NCBI GenBank assembly: GCA_964016885.1
Contig: OZ024741.1
Coordinates: 380,866,001-380,930,000 of the forward strand
Source: Eledone cirrhosa
Taxonomy: Eukaryota
Length of the DNA: 64,000 nt
Direction of reading: 5' to 3'
Part shown: piece after piece, positions 63,201 through 64,000 of the stretch
How positions within the stretch are numbered: the stretch's first letter is position 1
Layout: every line of letters begins with the position of its first letter
Notes under the pieces: model-generated
Database searches by the model: none
The model's input: the letters and a program-made list of their open reading frames with translations, nothing else
What the model was told of the DNA's origin: nothing
Position numbers and translations under genes: made by a program

Positions 63201-64000
63201 AGAATTGATGTAGCTTACACCTGAACTATTTTGTTAAGTTCTTTCAACACTGTCAGTGCCCATACTTGAGAATCTATCTAATTTTCAGTAAGTTATATTT
63301 GAAATATATAACTATCAAAACAATAAAGGAAGTTCATTCTTCTAATACTGTAGTGAAATCGACTAAAACAAATTATTGTTTTCTGTTATAGTTCTATTCA
63401 CATCAAAGATGCATTACGGGAAAACAAAGCAACCCAGTACATGACTAGTACATCATTTTGATTTTTTATATACTGGTTGTCAAATCCTGTAAAACCACAT
63501 GGCACCATATATCTATAATTTCATGCTTATATCCCTTTTCCTGTCACCCCATAACCCTGCAGAGCAAAGAAGGCTCTTCAGTTGGGAAAAAAAAAACTGA
63601 CACCTCTCTAGTGTTGATGATCTATATAAATACACCCACTACATGCTGTAAAGTGGCTGGTGGTATGAAGGGCATCCCACCATAGAGTGCTTGTCAAACA
63701 ACGGGTATGAGGCTCCTTCAGTTGTGTCAAAACTTACTAACCTCCTTAGTGTTTATGCTATGGGAAAATGCACTCAGCAGAATGTGGTATCCTATGTAAG
63801 CAAGAATGCATGCTCCTGGCCTGTCTAAGATGTAACTAGTCTTGCATCAGTAATGACTCAGTCTATGAAAACCCATGTACCCTTGATAGTTGAGAAAGCA
63901 TACGTTGATGATGATTATAATGATGATAGCACTGTGCCTCATACCATATGTTTCATAACATAAGCACTGTAGAAACTACACTCTGACTGAGACAACAGAA

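Overview
AT-rich animal genomic DNA with no recognisable host exon. The repeat families (RTE LINEs ending in (GAT)n, CORE- and tRNA-derived SINEs, long (TA)n/(CA)n tracts) suggest a cephalopod, probably Octopus; this is an inference. The window is a dense retroelement nest: two Tx1/L1-clade LINEs, a young CR1/L2-group LINE, many RTE copies with a PHD finger inside the RT, an R4/Dong 3' relic, a mariner relic, SINEs, and Penelope-like elements (PLEs) of Neptune- and Naiad-like type. The strongest unexplained signal is in the PLE-derived DNA. About 10 minimal type-I hammerhead ribozymes (HHRs), in at least three sequence families, plus half-HHRs, mostly sit in or next to about 11 asymmetric fold-back cassettes inserted in (TA)n tracts. 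Typically one inverted arm carries an extra 'tail' and the other fuses into (TA)n. Several inversion junctions map to the predicted HHR cleavage site or to HHR stem II. Most short ORFs in the track are microsatellite or antisense noise. Element boundaries were read by eye and are approximate.
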